Below, one piece after another: positions 12,279 to 26,300 of a stretch of 64,000 bases of DNA. The translations under genes and the position numbers were made by a program. Each line of letters starts with the position of its first letter. Within the stretch, counting starts at the first letter, position 1. Source of the DNA: Microbotryum violaceum. Taxonomy: Eukaryota. The stretch is from contig CDLV01000016.1 in assembly GCA_001244265.2 (NCBI GenBank), positions 310,001 through 374,000 of the forward strand, in the 5' to 3' direction. The notes under the pieces were generated by a model. It did no database searches, was not told the origin of the DNA, and saw only the letters and a list, made by a program, of their open reading frames with translations.

Positions 12279-15200
12279 ATGGCCAAAGGAAACCGAGGCA
12301 ACAACCGAGGAGGAGCAAGAGGAGGGGGACCACCAGGGGGGGCAAGTCGAGGTGGGGCGGCGAATCGGGGAGCTGCAGCAGGGCGCGGTCGAGGCGGAGG
12401 CGGAGGAGGGGCGTCGTCATTACGGCGATTGCAACCGAGGGAGGACATGTCCGAGCTTAGCTTTGACTATTCGTCATTGACCGAGGAGGTATCGGGTCAG
12501 TCAGACCACACATTTCCATGTGCGAGCTTCCACGAGTCGGCTTTTGGCTGACTCAAAGCCTGCTCCGATTATCTTTACCCCCTGTCCTCCCCTCTCGACG
12601 CTCGACATGCCCGTTCACTCAGGTTATAACCTATCACCTTCGTTCCCCGCTCCCAAGGTTCCTACCCGTCAGCCTTATCCGCCACCAACACCTCCAAATG
12701 GAGGCCATTCCGGCTACCACACCCCCAAGCGTGGCGTTGGATCTTCAGGCGGACGCGACGGGCGTCCATCTCAGCGCGAAACCAACCACCATCAGAAACC
12801 GATCTCCTCTTTCCGTGGTCGAGGAGGAGCAGCTGGACTTGGATCTCATGATACCACAACGGCTTCGATCGGGTTTCGTCCTTCCATCCGAGGTAGGGGA
12901 GGTATCGTCGGTTTCACTCCCGGTGGTCATCGCCCGCTGCTCGTGCCCGTCACTTTTGTCGCCGCTTCGGGGTTGACACCCAAGATGCAGGGCGACCTAG
13001 ACGTCGATGAGGTCCCGGGCGAATTGGAAGAGAAAGTGGTGGAAGGACACTTGGTGGAGAGCGTGAGGGATCTCGATCAGCGAGACGAGTCTTCGCCGGA
13101 GGATGAGGAGTCGACCTCCGAGTCTGATGAGCAGGATGAGGTTGGGCTGGAGCTCACCGAACGAATTGTCGTCGAAGAGAAGGAAAAGATACTTGTTGCT
13201 GAAGGTGAAGTGGGCGAAATTGAGGAGATGGAGGCTGCCCCGTCATTCGTGATCAATTTGACCGCCTCACGAGTCGAGGACTGCTTGGTCCCACCGACTC
13301 TCGTCGTGCCTTCGGATTTTGTCCTCGGTGTTTCGAGCAACACCGCGGCGAGTCGGGAAGAAGTTGACTCGGGCTCCGATGAAGAAGAAGAAGAAACTGA
13401 ACAGATCGTTTTCCACCCGACTGCATTGACATCGAGCAACCCTTCATCGAGCGCACCTCGCGCGGCACGGGCAGAGGTCTCCACCCCCACCACCACGAAG
13501 GAGGCCGTCGCGGCATCAGAACCCATGATCCAACCCCACACCAAGAAGGGTCCAGCGCCCAAGTTGACAAAAGCGCAAAAGCGAGCGGGCAAGAAAGCGC
13601 GCCGAGCCGGTCGACTCCACGCTCGATCAGGCAACCAACATCTTCTGGTCGAGGCCGAGAGCTCTGACGAGGACGAGCAAGCCGTTGATGAAGAGGATGC
13701 GAGACAAGGGCGCGAGATGTTTGCGCGCATGGAATTGAATGATGATGCTGAGGGCATGCAAGTTGAGGAAGGTGGGGGTAATGAAGGGGAAGATAAAGGA
13801 GAAGAAGCGCCCGAGCCCCGCGTTGGGGACTCGGATCTCGAATGGGGTAGCGATGGACCACCGGAGATGGAGACTCGCTCGTCCGCTGGAATAAGGCCCA
13901 AGGCCAAAAAGGAACTTCAGAAACGACAGCGGCGCGAACAGAGGGAGTTGGAGAAGATGCAACGTCTTGCATCAGGGGCGAGGTCGCATGTCGAAAAGTT
14001 GCTCGGTGGGAACAGAGCCACGGACGATCATGCAAGGAATCTGTTGGGCGAGACTGAGGAGGGAGATATTGATCTTGAGGCGGCGAGGAGGTTCGCGGAG
14101 GGTTTGATGGGCTCGAGCAGTGGGGTGCAGAAAACTTTGGACGAGCTGGTTGATGAGGCGAGGGAGGAGCAAGAGGATGGGCAAGAGGGTTGGAGGACGA
14201 CGAGTGGTAGTGAAGACGATGAGGATGAAAGTGGGAGCGAGAGTGACGAGTCGTCGTCTTCTGGATCGAGTGGAGGTGAAGAGTTTGATTCGAACGACGA
14301 GCTCGAGCGTGACCATATGCTTGGGGAAGCCGATGCCGCGTGAGTGCTATTCTACTTGAAAGTAACGTAGTATGGGCGAGAAAGCTAATTTGACATTCTT
14401 TCTGCAGAGTTGATCGAGCCATGGCAGGTGCCGAGGCGGTGATGATGGACGATGCCTCGTCCCATCGCGACTCGTCCATTTCTTCCGGCGCCGAGAACGA
14501 TGCAATCGAAGCGGCCCTCCTGGCTGGCCAAACCATCCGTCTTTCTTCGGTTGGCGTCAGTGGTCCCGGAGGACGAAGGGACCGAAAAGAACGCAAGCGG
14601 GCCAAGAAGGGCAAAGGGCGTTGGGTCGAGTCCGACTCGAGTGAGGAGGAGGATGACGAGGTCCGCATGTTTACGGGCGAGAACACATGGGCCGACAATG
14701 ACGAGGACTTTATCCAAGAGTTGCAGGTGGGTCCCCAAAGGCTCGCTTCGCATCCGCTACTGCTGCTGATCTGGATGGATTTTCTGGCCACAGGACATTC
14801 TGGATACGAATGAGAGTCTACTGCTGGGTTCGGGTCGTAAAAATAGGAAGAAGCTGTTCAAGGCGGTCCAGAATGGCAACTTTGACGACATTGATCTGAT
14901 GCTGGAGGACGATGTCTTGCTGACGAGCGGACCCTGTGCGTCGAGGCTCGACTAGCATGCGGTCTTGGGTGGCAACGCTGACTCATGCCTGTCGAATCTC
15001 CTCGCACCCTTTAGCTCGCAAATTGAAGACCAAGTCCAAGGCGTCGAAACCGACGTGGGACGGCGAGTTCGCCGACGAGCTACAAGCTCAGTGGGAGAAC
15101 GACCGTGCCAAGAAGTCGGACTTCAAGAGGAAGCGTGCCCTTGCAAGGGCCGAAGCCAATGAGGCCGCACCTCACAAGTTCAAGAAGGGGCATGTTCCGC

Positions 15201-15988
15201 CTGCTTCGTTCGCTGGCTCGTCGGATGTTGCGGTCATCAACCTAAAGATGCGCGAGTTCATATTGCACGATTTGGAGCAAGGTTCTTTGTCGCTGCCTCC
15301 CATGTCCAAGAAGTCTCGTGTTGCGGTCCACTTGCTGTCCGAGGCGTACGGTCTCAATTCGAAGAGTGTGGGCAAGGGCAAAGCTCGTTTCCCCGTCTTG
15401 GTGCGCACGCAAAAGACCACGACGTACGGTGTCGACGAACGAAAGATCCGCGCCATCATCTCCACGGCCGAGGGGGAGAGGATGTTGGGTGGGGCGCAGT
15501 ACGGAGGGAGGGCCAAGGGTAAGCAAGGGGGATTGTGGGCGGCTCTGTCTGGGGATGGCAAGAAGTCGAGTGGTGCTGGAGGTGGAGGGGGAGGTATGGG
15601 TGGGAAACGACACGATGAAGGGGCTGTAGTGGGACAAGGGGTGAGCCAGTGTTTGCGAGTTCTTCTTCAGTGTTCAGTGTACTCATCGGATGGTATCACT
15701 TACTGTGTGCAGGCTGACCGCTTGGGCGAGGACAACATCGGTTTCGCGCTGCTCAAAAGGATGGGGTCAGTTTCCACCATCCTCATCTCGCGTTCCCAAA
15801 CTTAACTCTGACAAAATCTTCGCGTCCTCTTTGATCGCAGATGGTCCGAAGGCATGCAAATCGGAAGGACGGGCGGTATCTCGGAGCCCATCTCCGCTCG
15901 AATCAAGACCAACAAGAGCGGTCTCGGATCGGGTTATTCGGTCTCGCGTATTGAGGCGCAGATCATGGCCGTTGGTTCGGGTCAATAG
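12279..15988 (+). CDS. SQS1: SQS1/Pfa1-like R3H + G-patch protein
   Basis: RGG-rich start, long acidic region, R3H motif LSLPPMSKKSRVAVHLLSEAYGLNSKSVGKG, G-patch DNIGFALLKRMG|WSEGMQIG...GISEPISARIKTNKSGLG; introns join in frame. Confidence 0.85.
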
Positions 15989-16232
15989 GTCGTGTGAAGA
16001 GTGTTCTTGCTTCATTCATGTCGGGGGTCAGAGGTGTAACCTCTGTCGTAACCCCCGAGTGACTCGGAGCCAGTTAATTCGCTCGATTCCTTGCGAGTCG
16101 ACGTATTTGCAATTGACAATAGACAAACGATCAAAGAGGCACATGCAAGATCCAAGAAAGACAAAATCCCAATATGTACAATACATTGACCAAACCGAAC
16201 TTCTCCAAGTCCAAGATGTTCCCTCTCCTTCC

Positions 16233-19200
16233 TCATGACCCAATGTTCAATACCAACTGCGGAGCCCCCGAAGGCGACGTTGGCGCCTTCTTCTGCGCCT
16301 GATGATGCTGTCGAGCCAGTTCGAGCACGTAATGTTCTTCCCTACTGAGCGTACGAGCATCGATACACGCCAACACTCGGGCACCGAGGTTGAAGCGTAC
16401 GGAACGGGCGAGGGATATGTAGCGTGATAATTCGAGGTGTAGGGTTGGGTAGTAAACGAGGGAGGCGCGGCGGAGGGTCTGTAGAGAGGTACGGCGGGAT
16501 GGGGTTTCAGTAAAGGTTAGGCAGGCAGTAGATTTGTGGGTTTTGGCTCACGAGAAGAATGCGCTCGAACCCGCTTTCAAAGAGTTCTTGGTGAAAGGCG
16601 AAGGCGATCTCGGGTGTCGCGCACGCGCTTGCGAGGGCGTTGATGAGGCGGAAATGCGTTGCCTAGCATGGACGACAGAACACACTCGGTAAGCCAAGCA
16701 GTTCCTCTATGCGAGTCGGCAAGCTAGGGCTAGACTCACGCAATATGCCATGGCTTCGTACTCGACCCCACCTGTCATTCCGGACGGTACGGCGGGGGCT
16801 TCGACCTGCTCGACGTTGATCTGTTCCAACGGCCAGAACAAGTTCTGCGCATGGCAAAAGATCCTGCACGAATGAAATATAGACGTCTTGTCAGCACCAC
16901 AGGCCCCGTATTTGACCCCCCCCCCCCCCTGCCCAAGCCCGACTCACCAAAAGTAATCCCTGACACAATCGCTCATCTCGACCATCCACTTCTTGAACGG
17001 TCTCGCCCGATGCGCATTCTTGATAAAGTCCACCTTGGCTTCCTCCTTCGCGTCCGGAGGACCCAACATCATAGACCTCACAAGCAACCTCGTCCCTTCG
17101 ATCCTCGAAGCATCAAAGACTTCTTCCCCTTCATCTTCGTCCGGATCGACTTTCATCTTGCGTGTGTAACGACGTTGGCACTCGAGGGGTTTGTGAAGGG
17201 ACATGAGGGAGAGGGTGGTCCATTCTGAAGCGGGGATGGGGGCAGCATCGACGGGGCAGAGGTCGAAGAGAGAGAGAAGGAGTTCGACGAGCAATTGACG
17301 ACATGCTAGATCGCCGGGGCGCTTCTCAGAGAACAAAAGGTTCGCAAGGGGGAGGAAGGGGGTCGGTGAACGCGAGGCGAGGGCTCGCTTGCCGCACTGT
17401 AAAACGTTGCCAAGGGGAGGGGGGGTCAGTATGGCGTTCATCCGCAGGAGAGCTAAGGAAGATCCAGCTTACAGCGGTCATGGTCAAAGCCTTGAAGCAC
17501 CTCAACAGTTCTTGCAGGAGTTGATCGTCGTGTTGTTCCTCCCTGCTCACCCAATTCAAAATCAGAGTCAGCACACGGCAAAGCCCACGCAGAAAACAGC
17601 AAACCCACGCACCTCCATTCCATCTCCAACAACTCTTTCAACCTCTCCAGCATCCCGACGTAGCCCCCGTTCGTCAAAAACTCGTTCACCCATCCAGGTG
17701 CCTCATTCCTCAAACGTCTACGCATCCTCGCGATCTCACAGACTTCAAGTGCCGAAGAAGAGGACGAACGCATCCTTACGGCCCACCAGACGGCATCTTC
17801 TCCTTCAACCGCGGATTTCGTCCAGGGACCACTAGCCGAAAGTGCAACGTCCTTGCCTGAGGATTTGCCGAACGAGCGTAGGATGATTGATGTTGCGGAA
17901 GAAGTACGGGAATGCGTTGCCGAGCCGTCTCTTTTCTTGGATGAGGTGACGGGGAGAGAAGCCGCAGCTCGAAGACTCGAATTGCTTTTGCTCTTCCTCA
18001 ACACGACTGATTTGAACGACGACTCTTTCTTCGTCGTTGCCGGGATGATGGGAGGGGAGTCGGAGGCGTTGTTGAGGGAAAGACCTCGTTGATGATGAGC
18101 TCCATTTGGACGAGCGCCTTGGGCTGAAACGAAGGGTCCAGCGGGGGAGGAAGTTAAGTGGCTCGAAGGTGTGGGGGAAGGAAGGTGGGATGCACGTAGC
18201 ATCTCTTCTTTGAGTGGGAGGGCGAGACCGAGCATCTTGGTTCGCACACTGCGGCTCGGCAATTGCATCGTGTCCTGTTGAGAGAGACGACATGTCAGAG
18301 CTCGGTACAGAAGAGACCATTTTGTCTTGGGTCTCACCAGCAACCTCGAAAACGCCTCCTCGATCCGAGCCTCCTTCTCCTCCGCCGTTTCGACTCTAAC
18401 AGGTTTAAGATCTGCAAAGGGGGCCTTGAGTCCACCTCCAAGTGTATTCGCTCGTTGTCGACGCGTAGGTGCCTCATCCCTTGCAATAGGAGCATACGAA
18501 AGCTCTCGATGAGCCGGGGAGACCCCCTTGCCTGATTGGGAGAGGTCTTCAGTGAACAACGAGGGACTCCAAGCAGGGATCAACGGAATGGGGGAGCTCG
18601 ACGACGCTCGCGCACTCGATTCGAGCTGAGCTGCAGAGAGGGGCCGTGAACTCAGCCAATCGGCGGTATCGGGCGTCTTGACCTTGGCGGCTTCGGCAGT
18701 CTCCGCACCGAGGAGTCGTGTAGAGCCTGGCGCACGCTTACGGGTGAGGATTGGTGAAGGTGGTTTGCGCGGTGTTGGACGGGTCTCGATGATCTGAGGA
18801 CGAAGGTTTGACGCAGAGAGGACGGTCGGAACTTCGTTGACCCTTCGTCCGGCATCGACGACCTGGACCTGGCCGATTTGAGCGTGCTCGGCCGAGACGA
18901 GCGAAGGGTTGGAGTTTCCACTGCTCGTGGTCATATGGGTCGAATCGGTCGCACGAGTGGCCATGGTCTCTACGCTAATTTGAGACGACGCCATCATCGT
19001 CTCCCAATCGTCCCCAAGTGAGCCAAGGGTCGACCGCCGAAATGGTTCGGCCAGAGCCAAGGCAGACTGGGCGCTCGAACCCGCAGGGGCGTGGAATGAC
19101 AGAGGCCTTGACGGGGTCGGCGAGTGGAACTGGTTCTCTTTGCCTGCTGCGGATGCGGGCGTGGGTTGAGCAGATCGCAAACGCTTCTCTGCCTCTGGGG

Positions 19201-19630
19201 AGGTCGGCATCCGCCTGGACTGCTGCTTCTGAAACACCGAGGCCGGTACGGTGGGGGAGACCGGGTTCGAGGTCCCTTCCGGCGGTGCCGATCGAGGCGA
19301 GGCGGTCGATCGACCGAGGTAGGCCTGCTTGGTCGGGGTCGTGATGATTGTCGATAACGGAGGTAGTTGTGGAGGAGCACTGGCGTCGCTGCTCGTTGGG
19401 GAGGCAGGGATCGCAGCGTAGGGCCGGGAATGAGCGCTGAGACTGACGGCCTCGAAATCCTGGACCATGGACGCGACGCGACCGCTGGGCTTGGCCGATT
19501 GCGCGACCGGGGACGACGACATGGACGTGGACGCCGAGGGCGGTACTGCGGATCGACTGCTGCTCCAAGCTTTGGGGTGCTGTTCGGAGCTGATGGGCCG
19601 GACACCCGCGACGAGCTGGCGTAGGAGCAT
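16233..19630 (-). CDS. Rho-GTPase-binding/formin-homology-3 (GBD/FH3, armadillo-like) protein; start codon uncertain
   Basis: Disordered S/P-rich N-terminal half, then EEAFSRLL|DTMQLP, LRNEAPGWVNEFLTNGGYVGMLERLKELLEMEWR|EEQHDDQLLQELLRCFKAL, LLFSEKRPGDLACRQ, GMTGGVEYEAMAYC; all introns GT-AG. Confidence 0.75.
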
Positions 19631-22600
19631 TTGTGACTTTGTCGGTGAAGGTGGGGGTGATCGCGCCGACACTGTTTCGGGGCAGTGCGGTTACACAGAG
19701 CAGCCAGTTCAGTGAGCGGCCGAGGATCAGCAGGAAGAGCTGGACGAATCCTCATCGACTCGACTCACTGGTGGGGGTGCTTGCCGGTTAGCGCGCACTG
19801 GGAGGTTGTGAGGAGCGATCGGCTCAGCAGGTGCGAGTGTTGAGTGAGAGCTGGGCGAGTCGATCACCACCCGTGCCGTGCGCTGGTGCGAGCTAGTCGT
19901 GTGCTGCTCCGCCTGGGTCGAGGCACGGACTATGATGGTGACGGTGTTGAGCCTGGGTAGCTTGGATGGGACCTTGCGATTTGGGCACACCGTAGTCAAG
20001 ATGTTGCCGATCGTGCGCCGGGAAGACGACGCGTGAGCGCTGAGCGAGAAGATGGGTGAGCGAACCCTGACGAGCGTTGGCTGAGCTGAGCGCTGAGCTC
20101 GGACCGCCTCGTTGAGCCCGATCTACTCCGATCGCCAGTCTGTGCCTATTCTTCAACTATTATGGAACAGGAAGGCTGGTTGGTGCTCATATCTCTGGAA
20201 GCACATTTCTGGTTGTTCTGTGAATGTGAGGACTGCCCAGAGGCTTTGCCTTTACACCCCCCAACCCTTTGAAGAAACAATGCTTTTTGCGTGTATTGAT
20301 AATCAGGCCTCTTACAAAAGTACCAAAACACAAAGGACCAAGTCACGCGTGCGGAGTCATGCTTTTTGGCGCGCGCGTGACCGAGTCAGCCGCCGCCGGC
20401 CCGCGCCTCTTGCTCTCCTTCCCTCACCATCCACACACCCACACCCACGCCCACACCCACCGCGGAGAAGCAGCAGCACTCGCAAGACCACGATTCGTCC
20501 TCTTACCCACGGCCGAGCCCACATGCCTTCCTACGCTGTGGTGCTTGGATCCCACCACCTTCAGGACGGGGTCAAAGTCCGAGTTGATTTGCTCGCTCCC
20601 ACGTGCTTTGAGCCGCCTTGCGGGAGAGGCGCGTGGGCGTCCCTCGACGGGGCACGACACTTTCCAAACGAGTCGTCCCGCATCACCAGCCAACAGCTCC
20701 TCATCTCCCTTCCATTTCCTTCCCTTTCTTCCTCTTTGCACCACACTTGACGCCCTTTTCACGCCACGTCAGGTCGACGAGCTCGCTCCGTGCCTTTGCA
20801 TAGGCGACGTCGTGTCATCGTCCTTTGCTCCCCAGGCGCCACCCACCGATCCAAGATGGGCCCCCAGACCTTGTGCTTGATCGCACGAACCCACAACCCA
20901 ATGAACTCGCGACAGCGACAGACCTCGCCACTCGGAGAGGTTCATGGGTACTTCCTCTCTGGTGTCACGATCCCCATCTGTGCCACGCACGCGACAACGC
21001 TTGACAACGCCACCTCCCCCACACATGGATAGCTCGGCCCAGGGTTTCAGTCCCACCCTCGCTCGAGAACAAAGGACCCGAGCGGCCACCGACAGTCGAC
21101 AACCCCTCAGCATCGTCTAGCCGTCAGCGGCAGCAGCGAGAGACCCACGTCCCGAGACCCAACAAAGAGTCGGATCCCCAAGTTCCTCGGCCCAGTCCCG
21201 TAACGAGAAGAAGAGCCAGCACTCCCCGTCAGCAGCAGCCCCGTCTATGTCGACGTCCGATCAACTTGTTGTGAACCGCCCGTCGTGTCCTGCCTTTATT
21301 GTGCCTGTCGTGGCCCGTCCTGACCCGTCTCTGCGCACAAGATCCGAACCTCGTCGCGAACTGCTCCTTTCTGTCCGGTTGGCACGCCACCTCGACGTGT
21401 TCCTTTAAGCCCGTGAGCTTTTGGCCATAGTTGGAGTTACCCGCGTCCCGTCCGAGACTGGTCTTTTTCGTTCGAGCTGCGTTGAGCACTATTCGGTGTC
21501 CCTTCGTCCTCTTCTTGGAGTTCTGTCCGGAGTCGTCGGTTCTTCGCTCGCGCCATCGCTTGCATCGTCCCTATCGCTCAAGCCTCCGCGCTCACAACTG
21601 GTCCCCCGATCACCTCGAGAATGTCCCGATATCAAGTATTCCTTTCGTCTCCGTTCGCGGCCTTTGATCTTGACAGTCCTACCCTCGCCTCGAGCCCGTT
21701 TCTACGCCCTGTCCCCACATGTCGTCGTTTCCTGCCCGCACCAAACAAGAAAAAAAGGTCGTCACCCGTCCGTACTCACCAGGTGTTGTGGCCCGTCCTC
21801 TTCCAAGTGTGTTGTGTGCGCACGGCGCTTTATGCTCTTGTCCTTCTATTCGGGCTCGAAATCACGTCGGGGAAGTCGCGAGCACGAAATTCGGAGAAGC
21901 ATGGTCTTCGACAGCAAAAGCTCGAACTCTTTACGAAAGGTTGGATAACATCTTTAGTTCCCGTCGTCGTATTTGGCGGATCGTGAACGTTTCTATCCTG
22001 GGCGGTACGATGCAAGACGATGGCGCCCGTTGGTCCGATTTTTTGTTTTGCTTTTTACTCTGGGCCATGGTCGGTCGGTGGTCGCCTTTGGTCGTTCGAG
22101 GGGGTTTTCCCGCATGCTGGTCTTTTCACTACGCGGGTCTATGATGGCGGATGACGTCGAGCGTTCGTTGTTGGGTCGATCGTGCTCACGCATTTGTAGA
22201 GGTGCCGCCGGAACTCGCCCCAAGATCTCTTTGACAAGAAGAAGGGCAACCCCGGTTGGACTCTGCGTTTTTCGTTGGGGCGTCGGTCGGAGCATTACTT
22301 GGATCATCGGATGGTCACTCGGGTTTTCGAGCAGGACGGGCCGATGTTCGGATCGACCATTCGTCCCTGCCTTCTTGGTGTGTCGTCAGTGTGGTGCTCG
22401 ATGGGGGTGTTGGTTTTTGGAAGGTGGATGAGGTTGGGAAAATGCGGTGAGCGAGCATGTGATTTCGAGCCTCTTCATGTCTCTCGGAGGTGACTCATTG
22501 GGCGGGAGGGATCCTCTGTCCTCGCGGATCGAAGCGAGCCTAGCTCTGCTCTCCTTTGGGAAAGGGGCCCCACTATTCCCTCCTTCGAGTCATTATCATC

Positions 22601-22732
22601 CTTGAGGCGAGGTGTCGTTTCACTTCAGTGCAATTCGTGGTCAGGGGTCCTTCCTTTTCAAGGGAGGGACCCTTGAACTCAATTCGGATTACTCTGCGCT
22701 TTTCATCATGTGCTGCTTCCCCTTCCTCGCGG

Positions 22733-22760
22733 TGGTGTGTGTGTGTGTGTGTGTGTGTGT
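22733..22760. repeat. (GT)n microsatellite
   Basis: GT run read directly, downstream of the medA-like stop. Confidence 0.9.
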
Positions 22761-22941
22761 TGATCGTTGCATGTGATGATGTCGGGGTCTCGAACTTGCT
22801 CTTTCGTTTTCTTGTGCCTTTGCGTGCTTGAAGAAGAAGGCAGCGATGCGGGCCCCTTTGTTCTGAGACGATGATCTGCACGCGGTGTTTTTCCTCCTCT
22901 TCACGCCCTTGTGCAATCACCCCCAATGTTTCATCGCTCAT

Positions 22942-22962
22942 CAGAGAGAGAGAGAGAGAGAG
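22942..22962. repeat. (AG)n microsatellite
   Basis: AG run read directly. Confidence 0.9.
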
Positions 22963-23399
22963 AAGCACTGCAACAATATGGTGTGATATTTCCAGATAGA
23001 AAAATGAAAAGAAGAGAGAGAAAGGAGATCGGACGAGAGAAACAGAAACGGACCGGAGTTCTCTCCCCGCGCGCATAAAAAGAGATAAAGATGGAGTTAC
23101 TGACAACGAAGTTTCTGCGGCGATCGAGGTGAATGGGATGGGATAAGAGGGATAGAACAAAAACATATAAATATCCGATAGAGAGAGAAGATAGACAGAA
23201 CGAGGGGATCATGCATGCGAAGACGAAAGAAGCAGGGTACGAAGAGGGTGGGTGGGAGTAGCTTTTGCGAGGCATGAGCAGAACAGATGCGAATTTTTGA
23301 GACGGAGGACAGGGGGTCGACTCGAGGTGGGGCTCAAGGGATGAAAGGTATCGCTGGAGTGTGTGGGTGCGGGAAAGAAAGGAAAGCGCCCTGCGCTTT

Positions 23400-26300
23400 T
23401 TAGTTGGTGTCAGCCGGCGCCGCTCCAGCGATGGTCGTTGTCGTTGAGGTGGACGTTCCAACAGCGCTCGCGTCTTCAATCTTCTCCTCTACGCCATTGT
23501 TGGTATCAGGCGAAGTCGAAGTCGAAGTATGGTCCTGGTTGTAGACGACTTCAGGAGGCGCATAACTGTTCGCGGAGTAGGTGTTGTTGTTCGCAGCTGA
23601 AGGCGCAGCGAAATACGTCCCCAGACTTTGTTGGCCCGTCAGAGAATCCCGTCGAGGTCCTTCGGAGAAGGATCGCGAATGCGACATCGCCGGCGCACTC
23701 AACGCGGTGCCACCACCATTCATGAAAGAAGAAGAGATACCGTAGTCCTCAGCCGAAGGGAAGAGGTGCGGATGGGCCATGTTGGTCGAATACGAAGGAC
23801 GACGATCGTACGCGCTGCTCGACCCCGAGGGGGCGAAATTAGACGATTCGAGGATCGAGTTGAAGTCGAAAGACCCGGGACGAGAATGCGAGGGACGGAA
23901 AATCGAGTTCAAGGACGTTGGGACATTGGTGGGATTGCTGCGACTTGCGGGCACCGAGGAGGAGAGGTACGACGATGGCGGCGCCCTGTGCTGGTGGGGT
24001 GAAGAAGGAACGTGCGTCGACTCGAGTCGGGCCGAACCACCCGATGTCGAACTGGCAAAGTGCGAATTTGAAAGACTGACACCAGCGCCGCCAGTACCGT
24101 CGCCGTATCGGTCACTGACACCGAGGTGCGGAGAGGGAACCGCTGAACCCGATCGACCGACGTGCGGTGAGGCGAAATGCGCCGACGAGTTCATCGCAGG
24201 CGACATGTGAGGCGTCTGGGGTTGCGAGAAGGCCTCATTCGAGATGGTGAGAGGGATAGTACCCGCATTGATCAGCTCGTTCGAAGCCGAACTAGTGTAC
24301 GTGGCGGACTGGGGGTAGGAAAGCGTTATAGGGTGAGACATAGGTGTCAGCTCGAATGTTTCGCCACGGAGAAGACGTGGGCAAAGCTGCACGTGCGAGA
24401 CCATGGTTTAAGCAAGCAAAGAAAAAACGCTCACGTATTTGCTGATGATCTTCTTCAAAGCACCGGCGAGCACCTTCCAGGGAAAGACCTTGACGTCCTT
24501 TTCAATGTTGCGCGGCTTGGGGTTCGGGAAGCCCATGATCAATTTGAAGAACGGTTCCGACTCGGCCTTGCTCTTCGAGACCGTCATCGGCTTGAAGCCC
24601 TCGAGGTTGCGGCGAATGCGGTTCTTCTCTTCAACGGTAAAGCGCACCCCGACAAGTGCCTCGAGCAGGTAGATCGTGTCGACCGAGGTGACGAAGCACT
24701 CATTCCAGTCGTCGCGGAAGATGCATGAGATGACGATCGAGTTGGGGACAAAGTCGTTCTGCAGGATCGGGCGGAACGTCGCATTGATCTGATTCCCCTC
24801 TTGGCTGCGCCAGAATTGGATCAACCGGCGTCGATTCGTCCATTCCTCGTTCGACCACCCCATCGCCATCTGGTTCAAATCGCCTTGCAGCTTGAGCGTC
24901 GCCTTGTTGGAGAAGGTGACGAGAGACGAGCCCGTGTCGTCGACGAGCGAGGGCGGGATCTGGGAGGTCCTTAAGAGGTCTGGTTGCGACGGGGGTGCCT
25001 CGATCTCGCCCGGGTCCTGATCGTCCTGCAGCGGAGGGTGTCGTAGACTGGCCGAGGCTACCGTTTCGCTGTCGTCGAGGCGAGGCGAGCGACCGGGGTG
25101 GTGCGCTCCGCCGCCGCCGCCACCGAGCACAGGCGATGAGAATTGACCGTTCGTTTGCGGCGGAGAGAGATACTCTCGGTTGCGGCGCGGGGTCGAATGG
25201 GTGACCAAAGGGCTGCGCAGGCCAGGGGCGTCACGAGCGATCTCGAGCTCGTCCCCGGAACGCTTGAACGTGGGTAGGGCACGCCGCACGGGGGAAGGCG
25301 GCAGCGGCGGCGCGGCGTCCCATTCGCCTACGACGGTCTCCTCAAGAACTGCCGAGCCTTCGTCAAGCACTCGCACACTGACCAGGACGCGTTCGTTGAG
25401 CGGGCCCATCGACTGCCGCGCGGGCACAAAGGTCGACAAGACGACGAAAGCGTCCATCTCGTTGGGTCCGGCCGACATGGACTGGGCGACGCCGTTGCCA
25501 TCGATGTTCTGCGCTCGGGCGAACCGGGTCGGGGCGGCAGCGACACCAAACGCGACGACGAACCGGCGCGTTACGGCCGTCTTATGGCCGCTCGTCGACG
25601 AGCCGGGACCGAAGGCGGCGATCGAGTACTGTGTCGCGGGCGCGCCGTTGATGGCGTAAGAGTCAAGCACAATCGTAACCTGCGTGCCCTCGTCGCCGTG
25701 CTGCGGCGTCCACTGCAGCACCCGGATCGTCGGAGAATAGGTCGACGTGGTCATGACCCGGGGCGAGCTGGGCTCCCGTGATTCCGAGTGGCGCAGTATC
25801 GGGGTGTGGTACGGCGAGGCATGGACTGAGTGGTGACCCCCGGCCGAGCCGCTGTTGCTGTTGTGGTTGTTCGAGGCGGGGTTGGGCCCATCGTTGATCG
25901 ATGACGCGGCGGAAGGGCCGCCCAAGACGGACGTGTGTTGCGTCGAGGCCGAGTAGTAGGAACCGGCATGCGAGTGCGATGGTAAAGCCGGTGCCGGGCT
26001 GTGCACGCGCGAGCCCCCCATCATGGGTGACGAGTGCATATCATGGTGGTGCGGCGTCGACGGACCCGCCCCGTTAGAAGGGTAGGATGCCATCTCGAGG
26101 TTGTGGTAGTTGAGAACACCAGGCCCGGCGTAGCCTGTTGCCGGCGCGCCGCCCGGGCCCGGGGCCTGAGGAGCGCCTGGCGTGTGGCTGAATCGGGGCG
26201 AGCCCGCAAAGCCAAGATGAGGCGACGACAGCGGGGATTGCAGGTGCGATGCGTGCTGGGCATGGTGGGCGTGGTGGGCGTGGTGGTGCGACGACATGCC

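Noticed and set aside
13077..14791. Long minus-strand ORFs (276 and 512 aa)
   Set aside because: Antisense shadows of the acidic SQS1-like coding region.
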